Shown one piece after another: positions 9,155 to 17,245 of a DNA stretch of 32,432 bases. Position numbers and translations under genes: made by a program. This DNA comes from a virus (lineage: Duplodnaviria; Caudoviricetes): positions 1 to 32,432 of the IMG/VR virus record IMGVR_UViG_3300010011_000013, one strand, 5' to 3'. Positions within the stretch are counted from its first letter, which is position 1. Each line of letters begins with the position of its first letter. The notes below the pieces were generated by a model. It was given only the letters and a program-made list of their open reading frames with translations. It had not been told where the DNA came from and did not search any database.

Positions 9155-10336
9155 CTATTCTGTTGGCTGGGTACCAAAATCACTAACGGCATCTGGTCTT
9201 GTGATGGCCGGACGCTTGTCCGAGGCCTGGACGAGCGCGGGCTTACCCGGCGGCGTATGGACAAATGACGATACGAGCTCTGCGAACTTGGCTTTGCCGA
9301 GGAGCTTCTCTGTGGCGGCTAGGGTTATGGGCTTTCGTTCGTAGAGCATGGCCTCGTCTATGCCGGCGGCCTTGAGGGTTTCAAACGCGGCTTCCATGTC
9401 CGTCCACTGCCGGACTGCCCGGCCTTCGACAGCCTTCCAGCCGGGTATCTCGTTGCCCTTGAGGCATTCAGCGAGCGCGTATTCCTTGAGGTCCTCAATC
9501 CATGCGGCCAGGCCCTCAGCGATCTTGAGGATCTCGCCCACTTCGGCGTTGCTGATGATGGGCGGCTTGACCTTGCCGAAGTCCTCCAGGGCCGTGTATG
9601 AGTCAGCCCTGGCACGACAAGTGGCCTTGGCACGACAGAACCGGCAGTGGTCACCGGCAAAGAATTCTCCCTCACCTTTGAAGGCTTTGACGGCAATAGG
9701 CTTTACCATCTCGCCCCACCCGTAGAGGTCCGAAGTGGCGATTTCCCACTCCGAGATGGTGTCAAGACGGGGCTGTACGATGGCCATCTTGACTGTGCTA
9801 AGGTTGTACAGCATGCCGTACTTGGCCAGCGCGCCTAATGCGTAGAGCATCATCTGAGGGTTCTCCTCGGCCGATACTGGTACACCCTTGCCGTATTTGA
9901 AGTCGATGACGTGCAAGACGTTGCCGCCGATGATAATGCAGTCCGCAGTCCCGAAACCCTCAGGCACGTACTCTGTTAGGTCTAGCCGGACCTCCACCGC
10001 GATGTAGGGCAGTGATGGGTAGGCCATCGCTATGGACTTGATGTACTCTAGGTACGTGTCCGTATGGTATAGCATCTCGTCGCTGTAGAACGACGCGTTC
10101 TCCTGTATCTTCTTGAGCCGGCTGTTGAAGGCCCGCTGGCTCATGGGCTCAGTGTATTTCTGCAGCTTCAACGCCGCTATGGCGTGGGCCGTTGTGCCCT
10201 CCTCGGCATATGAACTTGGCGTCTCTGGCAGTGTCGCCTCTAGACGTGCTGACGGAGTACATTTGAGCCACCTGTGAGCTGCGCTGGCCGCGAGGATGGC
10301 GTGCGCCGGAGCCTGGTTAGTCACGAGGACACTCAT
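9155..10336 (-). CDS. DUF2800 PD-(D/E)XK nuclease (Cas4/RecB-like)
   Basis: HA.L..S.AHRW..C, GT.AH, GFGTADC, IDFKYGKG, QMMLYALG, CRFCRAK..C. Confidence 0.88.
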   Translation of the reverse strand: MSVLVTNQAPAHAILAASAAHRWLKCTPSARLEATLPETPSSYAEEGTTAHAIAALKLQKYTEPMSQRAFNSRLKKIQENASFYSDEMLYHTDTYLEYIKSIAMAYPSLPYIAVEVRLDLTEYVPEGFGTADCIIIGGNVLHVIDFKYGKGVPVSAEENPQMMLYALGALAKYGMLYNLSTVKMAIVQPRLDTISEWEIATSDLYGWGEMVKPIAVKAFKGEGEFFAGDHCRFCRAKATCRARADSYTALEDFGKVKPPIISNAEVGEILKIAEGLAAWIEDLKEYALAECLKGNEIPGWKAVEGRAVRQWTDMEAAFETLKAAGIDEAMLYERKPITLAATEKLLGKAKFAELVSSFVHTPPGKPALVQASDKRPAITRPDAVSDFGTQPTE

Positions 10337-10761
10337 ATCTTCGCCCCCAACTGACGAAGAGCCGTGGCAAACTCGCCGTAGCGCTCCTTGGGGAGCTCGG
10401 TGAGCGCCCGAACGCCGAAGGCGGCCAACAAGTTGACTAGTTCCTGCCGGCGCCCGCCGTCGATGAGCGGTGTGGCCGCGACGGCCAGTTGCTCCATCGT
10501 GTATGTAGGAGCAGATGTCGGGACGGCCTGGACCGGGGGCTGCGCCGGTTGCTGAACCGGAGTTTGGGCAGGTGTCTGAACGGGAACAGCGGGAGCGGGC
10601 TGCGGCTGTGCTGGAGCGGGTTGTTGCACAATCGCGGGCGGTTGCGCCGGGGTCTCAGATAGCTGAGCGGGAACCAAAGTACCGCAGTACGCCGCCGCTA
10701 GTTGACGGATGGCTGAGACCAGTTCTGAGGCTTCAACTTTGACGATGATGTCCAAACTCAC
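10333..10761 (-). CDS. Conserved phage replication-module protein, P/Q/A-rich linker
   Basis: Typical gene upstream of DUF2800; C-terminal LL..FGV..LTELP.E.Y..F. Confidence 0.75.
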   Translation of the reverse strand: MSLDIIVKVEASELVSAIRQLAAAYCGTLVPAQLSETPAQPPAIVQQPAPAQPQPAPAVPVQTPAQTPVQQPAQPPVQAVPTSAPTYTMEQLAVAATPLIDGGRRQELVNLLAAFGVRALTELPKERYGEFATALRQLGAKI

Positions 10762-10763
10762 TC

Positions 10764-11108
10764 TTAATTCCCCCTTTGGTTTTCTCCCAAAATCTCTTCC
10801 AGACGTCTCACTGCGGACTCGAGGCGCGTCACTGCGCGGCGCAGGTACTGGTTCGCAAACCTCAGGTGACTAGTCAGCAGGTTGTCGTCGTAGTCATCGC
10901 AGTTGATGAGGCATTCGAGGGTTCCGCCTTCGTCCAACTGCTCAACGAAGGCCTTAACCTCGTCCCTGACGTCTCTGGCCAGGGAGAGATACTCCGCGTC
11001 GCCCTCAGCCTTGTTGAGCAGAGCAGATGCTGATAGACTCTGGTTGGGTGTTTCACCTATGCGCTGCTCACTGACCCCGGGCAGCGCTTCTTGCTTAAGC
11101 ATCGGCAT
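10764..11108 (-). CDS. Hypothetical protein (114 aa)
   Basis: ORF in operon, GGAGG RBS. Confidence 0.7.
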   Translation of the reverse strand: MPMLKQEALPGVSEQRIGETPNQSLSASALLNKAEGDAEYLSLARDVRDEVKAFVEQLDEGGTLECLINCDDYDDNLLTSHLRFANQYLRRAVTRLESAVRRLEEILGENQRGN

Positions 11109-11277
11109 TAGTCGGGGCCTCCTCTACGGTAACGACGATCCCCTTCTTGGGGTCAATGCCCGCGGCATCTACATCAGCTTTCTTGAGATACAGAGTAATG
11201 AAGTTGCCGGCAGTATCTTTGCTTTCGAACCGATAGCAGGTCTTGGTCTCATTCCTGAAAGCCATCCTCATCTTCAC
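11095..11277 (-). CDS. Small hypothetical protein
   Basis: AGGAGG RBS, overlaps neighbours in operon fashion; start uncertain. Confidence 0.65.
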   Translation of the reverse strand: MKMRMAFRNETKTCYRFESKDTAGNFITLYLKKADVDAAGIDPKKGIVVTVEEAPTNADA

Positions 11278-11977
11278 CCGAGACAACCTCCTTCCTGGGT
11301 TTTGTGAATGCGGGGTATACCTTGCCGTCCCGGATAACGTATTTGCCGTGATATAGGTGGGGCTTACAGGGCCTCTCTTTCAGAAGCGGGTTGTTGGGGT
11401 CACTAGCGTAGTAACCGCAGACTTCACAACGGAAGAGACGGTCTCCTGTGGGGCTGGTCTCGATGGCTGGGACCCATGTATGGCTAGACGCCTTGGTGAG
11501 CTTCGGAGCCTGGGCATCTTCGGGTAGCCGGTCCTCCTGACTGGAGACGGGGGTGTACCTGCCAACTACACTTTGGGTCTCCTTTTGCCAGTGAGCTTCG
11601 ATAGACCCGTTCTTGGGTATGCCCAGTGAGGTGAGCCAATTGACTAGGGGCTTACTCGTGATGCCGTAGACTGACTTTTCCTCGTTGATGCTCATCTTGA
11701 GCCCGTTATCAGCGGGTTTCACACAGATAAGGCATCGCTTTCGGTCAACTCCTACTGTCCACCTCTCCGGGAGCCCTCCATTCAACTGCCGGATCTCCTC
11801 GACCAGTGCGACACTGAATCCGACGCTAATCTTGCGCAGCTTTAGTGTCGGTTTCTCCTCTTTCCAGAACTCGAACTCACCAATTAAGTAGCTAGTTACT
11901 GTCGTTTCTGCGGCATCGGAGGGGTTATTCGCCTTGGGGCCTACCGGGACACGCCTGGCGGGGCTGCCTGTGATCAT
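11249..11977 (-). CDS. Hypothetical protein with C-terminal H/C zinc-finger-like motif
   Basis: GGAGGTGA RBS before ATG 11977; HTW...CEVCG...C. Confidence 0.7.
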   Translation of the reverse strand: MITGSPARRVPVGPKANNPSDAAETTVTSYLIGEFEFWKEEKPTLKLRKISVGFSVALVEEIRQLNGGLPERWTVGVDRKRCLICVKPADNGLKMSINEEKSVYGITSKPLVNWLTSLGIPKNGSIEAHWQKETQSVVGRYTPVSSQEDRLPEDAQAPKLTKASSHTWVPAIETSPTGDRLFRCEVCGYYASDPNNPLLKERPCKPHLYHGKYVIRDGKVYPAFTKPRKEVVSGEDEDGFQE

Positions 11978-11981
11978 CTTG

Positions 11982-12227
11982 TCACCTCCTCTCATCGAGT
12001 CTCTTCAGCAACCGGTAGCTGTCTCTTAGGACGAAGGTCATGAACGCTAGAACGCCGACGCTGACGAGGATGTCGATGACGAGGCCGGCTGCCCGAGTTA
12101 TGGAGACGTAATCTCCTAACACCATACAGAGGACTACGACTATCCAGCCCCAGGCCCCGGCCACAATTGCCGAACGCGCGGTCTGCCGCCTGGTGATTGT
12201 CGCGTACGCCTTGTCCAGTTCTGACAT
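11982..12227 (-). CDS. Small two-TM membrane protein
   Basis: Two hydrophobic segments; AGGAGG-like RBS. Confidence 0.7.
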   Translation of the reverse strand: MSELDKAYATITRRQTARSAIVAGAWGWIVVVLCMVLGDYVSITRAAGLVIDILVSVGVLAFMTFVLRDSYRLLKRLDERR

Positions 12228-12240
12228 ATGTTTCTACCTC

Positions 12241-12441
12241 CTAACTGACCGTGGCCGCGGCTTCAGCCTTAGCGGCTTCCTCTTGCTGCCAGCGTTCAAA
12301 GTCGGCCCGAACTGCGGGGTCCTCGAAGTACTTGCGGACGGCTCTCACGACAGACCGGGCGAGGCTGTCCACCTGATAGCCGGGGATCGACTGTGGGGCT
12401 ATCGGGGCATTGGTGACGACGGTTGCCCGTAGTGTTTTCAT
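12241..12441 (-). CDS. Hypothetical protein (66 aa)
   Basis: GGAGAGGAG RBS before ATG 12441; YFEDP.V...FE.W motif. Confidence 0.7.
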   Translation of the reverse strand: MKTLRATVVTNAPIAPQSIPGYQVDSLARSVVRAVRKYFEDPAVRADFERWQQEEAAKAEAAATVS

Positions 12442-12542
12442 CCGGATTCTCCTCTCCAAAATCACGTGTGCCTTTGTGTCTAGGGATCTCTCCGCTTCCC
12501 GTCGAAGCCTGTCTGCGGGCGTCGACTAAGGAGATGGTTGTC

Positions 12543-12785
12543 TTGGGTGATCTGAACCTTCGTTCGCTATTCGGTGATGATGTCACTGAGTACAAGTGCC
12601 CGAATTGCGGTCATCAGGTCCGGTTCAAGACTCTGGATGCCCTTGAACACGGCGTGAAAGTTGATTGTCCGGGTTGCGGCCAAACCATCAACATTGAGCC
12701 GGAAGCAGAGGCGGGCCAGAGTCTGAGGCAAGCCAATAAGGCTTTGAGGGACTTCGAGAAGACTGTCAAGCGTTTCGGTAAGTAG
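12543..12785 (+). CDS. Small zinc-ribbon protein, antisense to early operon
   Basis: CPNCG...CPGCG; AAGGAG RBS before TTG 12543; convergent stop 3 bp from neighbour. Confidence 0.75.
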   Translation: MGDLNLRSLFGDDVTEYKCPNCGHQVRFKTLDALEHGVKVDCPGCGQTINIEPEAEAGQSLRQANKALRDFEKTVKRFGK

Positions 12786-12788
12786 CCG

Positions 12789-13199
12789 TTAGCGAGAACA
12801 TGTCGACGCCCTTTTCTCCAGCTGTTCAGCCTCTTGTGCTATCTCCTTCACACGAGCGCTGAGACGGTCCAGCTTGGCGTCGAACTCGGTTGTGTCGACG
12901 TCTAGATTCACAGTCAGAGTCTGTTCCTTCTTGGCGGGATTGGAAGACTGGGCCTGTGCCTTGCGCCGTTCTAACATCCCGGCCAAGTACGTTACTTTGT
13001 CCTTATACGCTACCGTCTTGTCATCTTCACAGGAGTTAAGCGAGATCGCCGTTATCTCGGGAAACTCTTTGACGATCATCAGCTGGGCTTCAATGGCCAG
13101 TTTTGCTTCAGCCGGGGCAAGGTGTAGTGCTTGCCTACCCAGTTTGATGACTTCGCTCGCCAGCAGTTCATAGACAGTCGTGTCAGTCTGGAACTTCAC
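12789..13199 (-). CDS. Hypothetical protein (136 aa)
   Basis: AAGGAAGG RBS, first gene after cro. Confidence 0.7.
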   Translation of the reverse strand: MKFQTDTTVYELLASEVIKLGRQALHLAPAEAKLAIEAQLMIVKEFPEITAISLNSCEDDKTVAYKDKVTYLAGMLERRKAQAQSSNPAKKEQTLTVNLDVDTTEFDAKLDRLSARVKEIAQEAEQLEKRASTCSR

Positions 13200-13272
13200 T
13201 TACAACCCTTCCTTTCTTGGTTGGCAGTCAGTTCTGTCGCTATGCGGTTGTCAAAGACCAAGAGAGCGCCTG

Positions 13273-13485
13273 TTACTGGGATTGCGTGTCGGGTGCTTCT
13301 TCGGGCTTCAGTAGGTCATCAATGGTGCAGCCCAGGGCTTTGGCGATGTCCGGCAGTTTGTCAGCAGTGGGCAGCCGAAGACCAGATTCCCACATAGCTA
13401 CTGCCGGTTGCTCGACGCCAACTAATGAGGCGAGTTGCTCTTGCGTCAGCCTAGCCTTCTTGCGGAGGCGTTTAAGCGCGATCAC
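13273..13485 (-). CDS. cro: Cro-like XRE HTH regulator
   Basis: LTQEQLA..VGV.Q.AVAMWESG.R.P; divergent from cI; GGAGGTGA RBS before GTG 13485. Confidence 0.9.
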   Translation of the reverse strand: MIALKRLRKKARLTQEQLASLVGVEQPAVAMWESGLRLPTADKLPDIAKALGCTIDDLLKPEEAPDTQSQ

Positions 13486-13505
13486 GTCTAGTTCACCTCC
13501 CACTA

Positions 13506-13604
13506 ATTATTGCGCAACGCAATAATATAACGGTTCGGAATGCCCGTCAATACATTTTGCTATAATTCCGCGCGTAGTATTAACGAATATCACCGTAGGT
13601 GATA
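13506..13604. promoter_or_regulatory. Lysis-lysogeny switch: divergent promoters and 17 bp operators
   Basis: Minus strand TTGACG-17-TATTAT (13550-13522); plus strand TGcTATAAT (13558-13566); palindromes TATTGCG-CAA-CGCAATA (13508-13524) and TATCACC-GTA-GGTGATA (13588-13604). Confidence 0.8.
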
Positions 13605-13629
13605 GGATTGCACCGAAAGAGGGATTACG

Positions 13630-14358
13630 GTGAACAGGCTAAGACAGTTAAGAACCGCACGGAAAATGAGCCAGCAGGACCTTGCGAATGCCCTCAACGT
13701 AGCTCAGGGGACTGTGAGCAATTGGGAAAACGGCGTTAGAGGTATTGACGCTACGATGCTGTCAACGCTGGCTGATTTCTTCGGGGTGTCCGTTGATTAC
13801 CTCTTGGGCCGCACTGACGATCCTACCGATTATGAGGACCCGGACCTGCTCTCAAACATAAAGCCAGAAATACTGGAGCACTGTGGCGGCAATCCCCGCA
13901 AGGCGTTAATTATGCAACGGGCAATTGAACGCGAAGCGATGTCGGACCCTTCCTTTTACGAGGACACTGTTCCGATTCCCATCCTTGGCAGAGTTCAGGC
14001 CGGAGTGCCGGTTGAAGCCGTGGAGGACATCATTGGTTACGAGAAGATACCGGCGGACATGGCGATGCTGGGCAAGCACTTTGCCCTCCAGGTTAAGGGT
14101 GACAGCATGTCGCCTCGTATCTGCGAAGGTGACATAGTGATAGTTCGACGGCAGAGTTCTGCAGAAAACGGAGACATCGTTGTCGTCTTGGTGAACGGGG
14201 AGGACGCCACAGTAAAGCGGTTTTTCAAATCGGAGCAGGGAATTACGTTGGTACCACTCAATCCTACCTATGAACCGCTATTCTTCTCATCATCAGAAGT
14301 AGAACGTTTGCCTGTTATCGTCATCGGCAAAGTCGTGGAGATGCGAAGAAAGATGTAG
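13630..14358 (+). CDS. cI: CI-like repressor (XRE HTH + S24 peptidase)
   Basis: N-terminal HTH; RVQAG cleavage site; GDSM catalytic Ser; TVKR catalytic Lys. Confidence 0.93.
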   Translation: MNRLRQLRTARKMSQQDLANALNVAQGTVSNWENGVRGIDATMLSTLADFFGVSVDYLLGRTDDPTDYEDPDLLSNIKPEILEHCGGNPRKALIMQRAIEREAMSDPSFYEDTVPIPILGRVQAGVPVEAVEDIIGYEKIPADMAMLGKHFALQVKGDSMSPRICEGDIVIVRRQSSAENGDIVVVLVNGEDATVKRFFKSEQGITLVPLNPTYEPLFFSSSEVERLPVIVIGKVVEMRRKM

Positions 14359-14367
14359 GGAGGGGTC

Positions 14368-14961
14368 ATGATGTTCTGTCCCAACTGTGGAAAAGAGGTC
14401 ACCGGGAAGTTCTGTTCAGAATGCGGTACACCTGTTGGTTCGTCGACCCAAGCCGGCGGACAGCCCCCCAGTACAACGGAGAGCTCTTCTACTATCATCA
14501 ACGGTCAGCGCATAGACCTACAGGCTCTTGTGAGTGCGCACGGGAAGAACAGGGTAGCCGCGGTTAAAGAGGTTCGTGCTCTTACGGGATTGGGGCTGGG
14601 CGAAGCCAAAAAGGTTGTCGACAGCGCTTACGCGATGTTCGCCCCGGCCGAGAAGTCATCCGGTGGTTTTTGGGCAAAAGTCAAAGAGAACGCCGAGGCC
14701 AAGCGGGTAGCGGAACAGGCTGAAGCTTTGCGGGAGGCCCAGCGCCTTCAACAACTCGAACGAGACGGTATTCCTTACTGTCCTAAGTGCCACTCCACGA
14801 GTCTATCAGCGCATAAGAAAGGTTTCGGATTCGGAAAGGCCGTAGTAGGTGTATTAGTGGCGGGCCCCATCGGTCTTGCCGCCGGGGGCTTGGGCTCTGG
14901 TAAGGTTAAAGTAACCTGCCTTAAGTGCGGACATCAGTTCATGGCCGGCAAAGGTAAATGA
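14368..14961 (+). CDS. Zinc-ribbon + ribosomal bL12 CTD-like + Gly-rich membrane/zinc domain protein
   Basis: FCPNCG..FCSECG; GKNRVAAVKEVRALTGLGLGEAKKVVD; CPKC...Gly-rich hydrophobic stretch...CLKCG. Confidence 0.8.
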   Translation: MMFCPNCGKEVTGKFCSECGTPVGSSTQAGGQPPSTTESSSTIINGQRIDLQALVSAHGKNRVAAVKEVRALTGLGLGEAKKVVDSAYAMFAPAEKSSGGFWAKVKENAEAKRVAEQAEALREAQRLQQLERDGIPYCPKCHSTSLSAHKKGFGFGKAVVGVLVAGPIGLAAGGLGSGKVKVTCLKCGHQFMAGKGK

Positions 14962-16511
14962 AAGCCGTTATCTACGCCCGATACTCACCTGGTCCTGATC
15001 AACGTGAGGAATCCATTGAAGGCCAGATTCGGGAATGCACGGAGTATGCGGAACGTCACGGCATAACCGTTGTAGGCCATTACGCTGACCGCGGTATCAG
15101 TGGCCGCACCGACAACCGGGCAGAGTTCCAGCGGATGCTTAAGGACTGTGAGAAGCGCCTCTTTGACGCGATCATTGTGTGGAAGATCAATCGGTTCGGC
15201 CGTAACCGTGAAGAGATCGCGATCAACAAGGTGCGCTGCCGTAAACACGGCGTAAAGGTCCTCTACGCGAAGGAGCACATACCTGACGGCCCCGAGGGCA
15301 TTATCCTTGAAAGCGTTTTGGAGGGCATGGCTGAGTACTACTCTGCTAATCTTGCCCAGGACGTAAAGCGCGGGATGAAGGAGAACGCTCTCAAATGCAT
15401 GTCTGCGGGTGGGACAACCTTATTTGGATATCAGATAGGCCAAGACCGGCACTACGAAATCCATCCCACCAACGGTCCTGTAATGCAGTGGGCTTTCGAG
15501 CAGTACGACAGCGGCAGAAGCATGACGGACATAGTAAATGAGATAAATGCCAGGGGTATAAAGTCAGCTACAGGCAAGCCATTCACAACGAATAGCCTTC
15601 GAACCGCACTCCGAAATCGAAAGTATACCGGCGTCTTCATCTTTGATGACGTGGAGATTGAAGGCGGCATGCCGGCCCTCGTCGAAAAGGACCGCTTTGA
15701 GAGGGTGCAGAGGAGGTTGGACATGAACAGACGCGCTCCAGCCCGTAACAAGGCTAAGGTAGACTACCTGCTGACCGGAAAGGTGTTCTGCGGTCACTGC
15801 AGTGCACCGATGTTAGGGGAGAGCGGAACCGGACGCGGCGGCAAGACCTACAACTACTATAAGTGCGGCAAGGCCAAAAAAGACCATACGTGTAATAAGA
15901 GATCCGAACGCAAGGAGTGGCTAGAGGACCTGGTTGTCCGGGAGACCGTGGAGAAGGTTCTCGTCGATGACGTCATTGACATGATCGCGGAGAACGTTGA
16001 GAGGATTCAGGAAGAGGAGCGAAAAGACAGTGACCTCCAATACCACGAAGAGCGCTTGGCCGGCACCGAGAAGGCCATACACAATCTTCTGAAGGCCATT
16101 GAGCAAGGCATTTTCACGCCCTCCACCAAGGACCGGTTGGATGAGTTGGAGCAAGAGAAAGCGGAGATAGAGAGTGCTATTCTTCAGGCGAAGTCAGTCA
16201 CTAGAGTGACTGTGACCAAGGCTCAGGTCAGATATTGGCTAAAGAGGTTTCAGGCGGGCGACATCAATGATCCCGAATACCGCCAGCGTCTCATAGAAAC
16301 GTTCGTGAATGCGATTTCCGTGTATGACGAAGGCTCTGACCAGGGCAATAGTGACAAGAAGATTGTTATCACCTATAATTACACAGGTGGGGAAACCACG
16401 GTTACTGGTTCGGATTTGACACAGGAATACCCACCAGTTCATTCTTATCCGAACCTCTTCTTCACGGATAAAGTCTTCGGCATAGTGATTAGAGCGGCAG
16501 TCGGGAAGTGA
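14958..16511 (+). CDS. int: Large serine recombinase (integrase)
   Basis: YARYS catalytic Ser, SIEGQ, D.GISG, RFGRN, recombinase domain, LLTGKVFCGHC zinc ribbon, coiled coil. Confidence 0.95.
   Translation: MKAVIYARYSPGPDQREESIEGQIRECTEYAERHGITVVGHYADRGISGRTDNRAEFQRMLKDCEKRLFDAIIVWKINRFGRNREEIAINKVRCRKHGVKVLYAKEHIPDGPEGIILESVLEGMAEYYSANLAQDVKRGMKENALKCMSAGGTTLFGYQIGQDRHYEIHPTNGPVMQWAFEQYDSGRSMTDIVNEINARGIKSATGKPFTTNSLRTALRNRKYTGVFIFDDVEIEGGMPALVEKDRFERVQRRLDMNRRAPARNKAKVDYLLTGKVFCGHCSAPMLGESGTGRGGKTYNYYKCGKAKKDHTCNKRSERKEWLEDLVVRETVEKVLVDDVIDMIAENVERIQEEERKDSDLQYHEERLAGTEKAIHNLLKAIEQGIFTPSTKDRLDELEQEKAEIESAILQAKSVTRVTVTKAQVRYWLKRFQAGDINDPEYRQRLIETFVNAISVYDEGSDQGNSDKKIVITYNYTGGETTVTGSDLTQEYPPVHSYPNLFFTDKVFGIVIRAAVGK
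16407..16455. other. Putative attP inside the integrase gene
   Basis: GGTTCGGAT (16407-16415) / ATCCGAACC (16447-16455) inverted repeat spanning 49 bp, centred at the start of CCACCA (16431-16436). Confidence 0.7.
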
Positions 16512-16751
16512 CTACCCCCTACCTTTCAGTAAACGCGCACAGTGTGATTCCTCCCGGTTCTGATCCGCTGATGCCATCTCGATCTTCGCAAGCGCTGCGC
16601 GTGCTCTCGGATCTGCCAAACAGCCTATGAGCCTCCTTGCGACCGTGCCGGCGTCCTCACCGACGAGCCATTTCGCCACGCTCTCCGTGGATAGCCCTAA
16701 TGAAGTTGCCAGCTCGCGGATTAACTCGTTGGTCGAGGGACTATGTTCCAT
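16512..16751 (-). CDS. Small hypothetical protein, HTH-like segment
   Basis: GGAGGGAG RBS; LATSLGLSTESVAKWL; stop abuts integrase stop. Confidence 0.65.
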   Translation of the reverse strand: MEHSPSTNELIRELATSLGLSTESVAKWLVGEDAGTVARRLIGCLADPRARAALAKIEMASADQNREESHCARLLKGRG

Positions 16752-16828
16752 GCCTCTCCCTCCAACGATTTAGCCATGTCGCATGGCAGCTTCTAGGTGA
16801 ACACTGGTAATCCCTGCCATGAAACAAT

Positions 16829-16872
16829 AATGCCCCCGATCGCAAGGATTGCTCCTCTCGGCCGGGGGCATT
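16829..16872 (-). terminator. Terminator at end of late/lysis operon
   Basis: AATGCCCCCG / CGGGGGCATT 10 bp stem, followed by ATTGTTT on minus strand; long loop. Confidence 0.65.
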
Positions 16873-16904
16873 GTAGTAGCGCAACGTTATTCCACGTGGG
16901 ATAT

Positions 16905-17225
16905 TCAGGCGGGAGTGTCTGGCAGTTTCACCTCAAAGAGAACCTGAAAACGGTCTTTGACCTCCGCAAGATACTTGAGTCCAACGACACCCGCGCCGGC
17001 GAAGTAGATAATCGCGAGGTCCTCGTGCCAGACACTCGGCAGCGCCAAGACCAGTAGCCCCGCCATATAGGGCAGGACCTGGGTTACCAGGAATCGGGGC
17101 GCCTCGCGGACGTCGAACTTGCCATCCCGCCAGGCGATGATCCACGCTAAAAGGGTCTTTACCAAGATAAGGGTCAAGACTCCTAGCAGAGTCCATAGAA
17201 TCTTCGGGTCGAGATTGAGAGTCAT
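16905..17225 (-). CDS. Holin-like membrane protein (about 3 TM)
   Basis: Hydrophobic segments, directly downstream of endolysin, AGGAGG RBS. Confidence 0.7.
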   Translation of the reverse strand: MTLNLDPKILWTLLGVLTLILVKTLLAWIIAWRDGKFDVREAPRFLVTQVLPYMAGLLVLALPSVWHEDLAIIYFAGAGVVGLKYLAEVKDRFQVLFEVKLPDTPA

Positions 17226-17245
17226 GGCTCCTCCTTTCCCGGGCT

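Noticed and set aside
9155-10336. Cas4-like nuclease suggesting a CRISPR system
   Set aside because: Standard DUF2800 in the DUF2800-DUF2815-PolA module; no array or other cas genes seen
13532-13539. GGTTCGGA in the cro promoter matching the attP arm
   Set aside because: An 8 bp match is expected about once by chance in 32 kb on two strands
16407-16436. tRNA gene or fragment (GGTTCG...CCACCA)
   Set aside because: Spacing is too long for a T-arm to CCA, with no T-stem or cloverleaf; better explained as an att site
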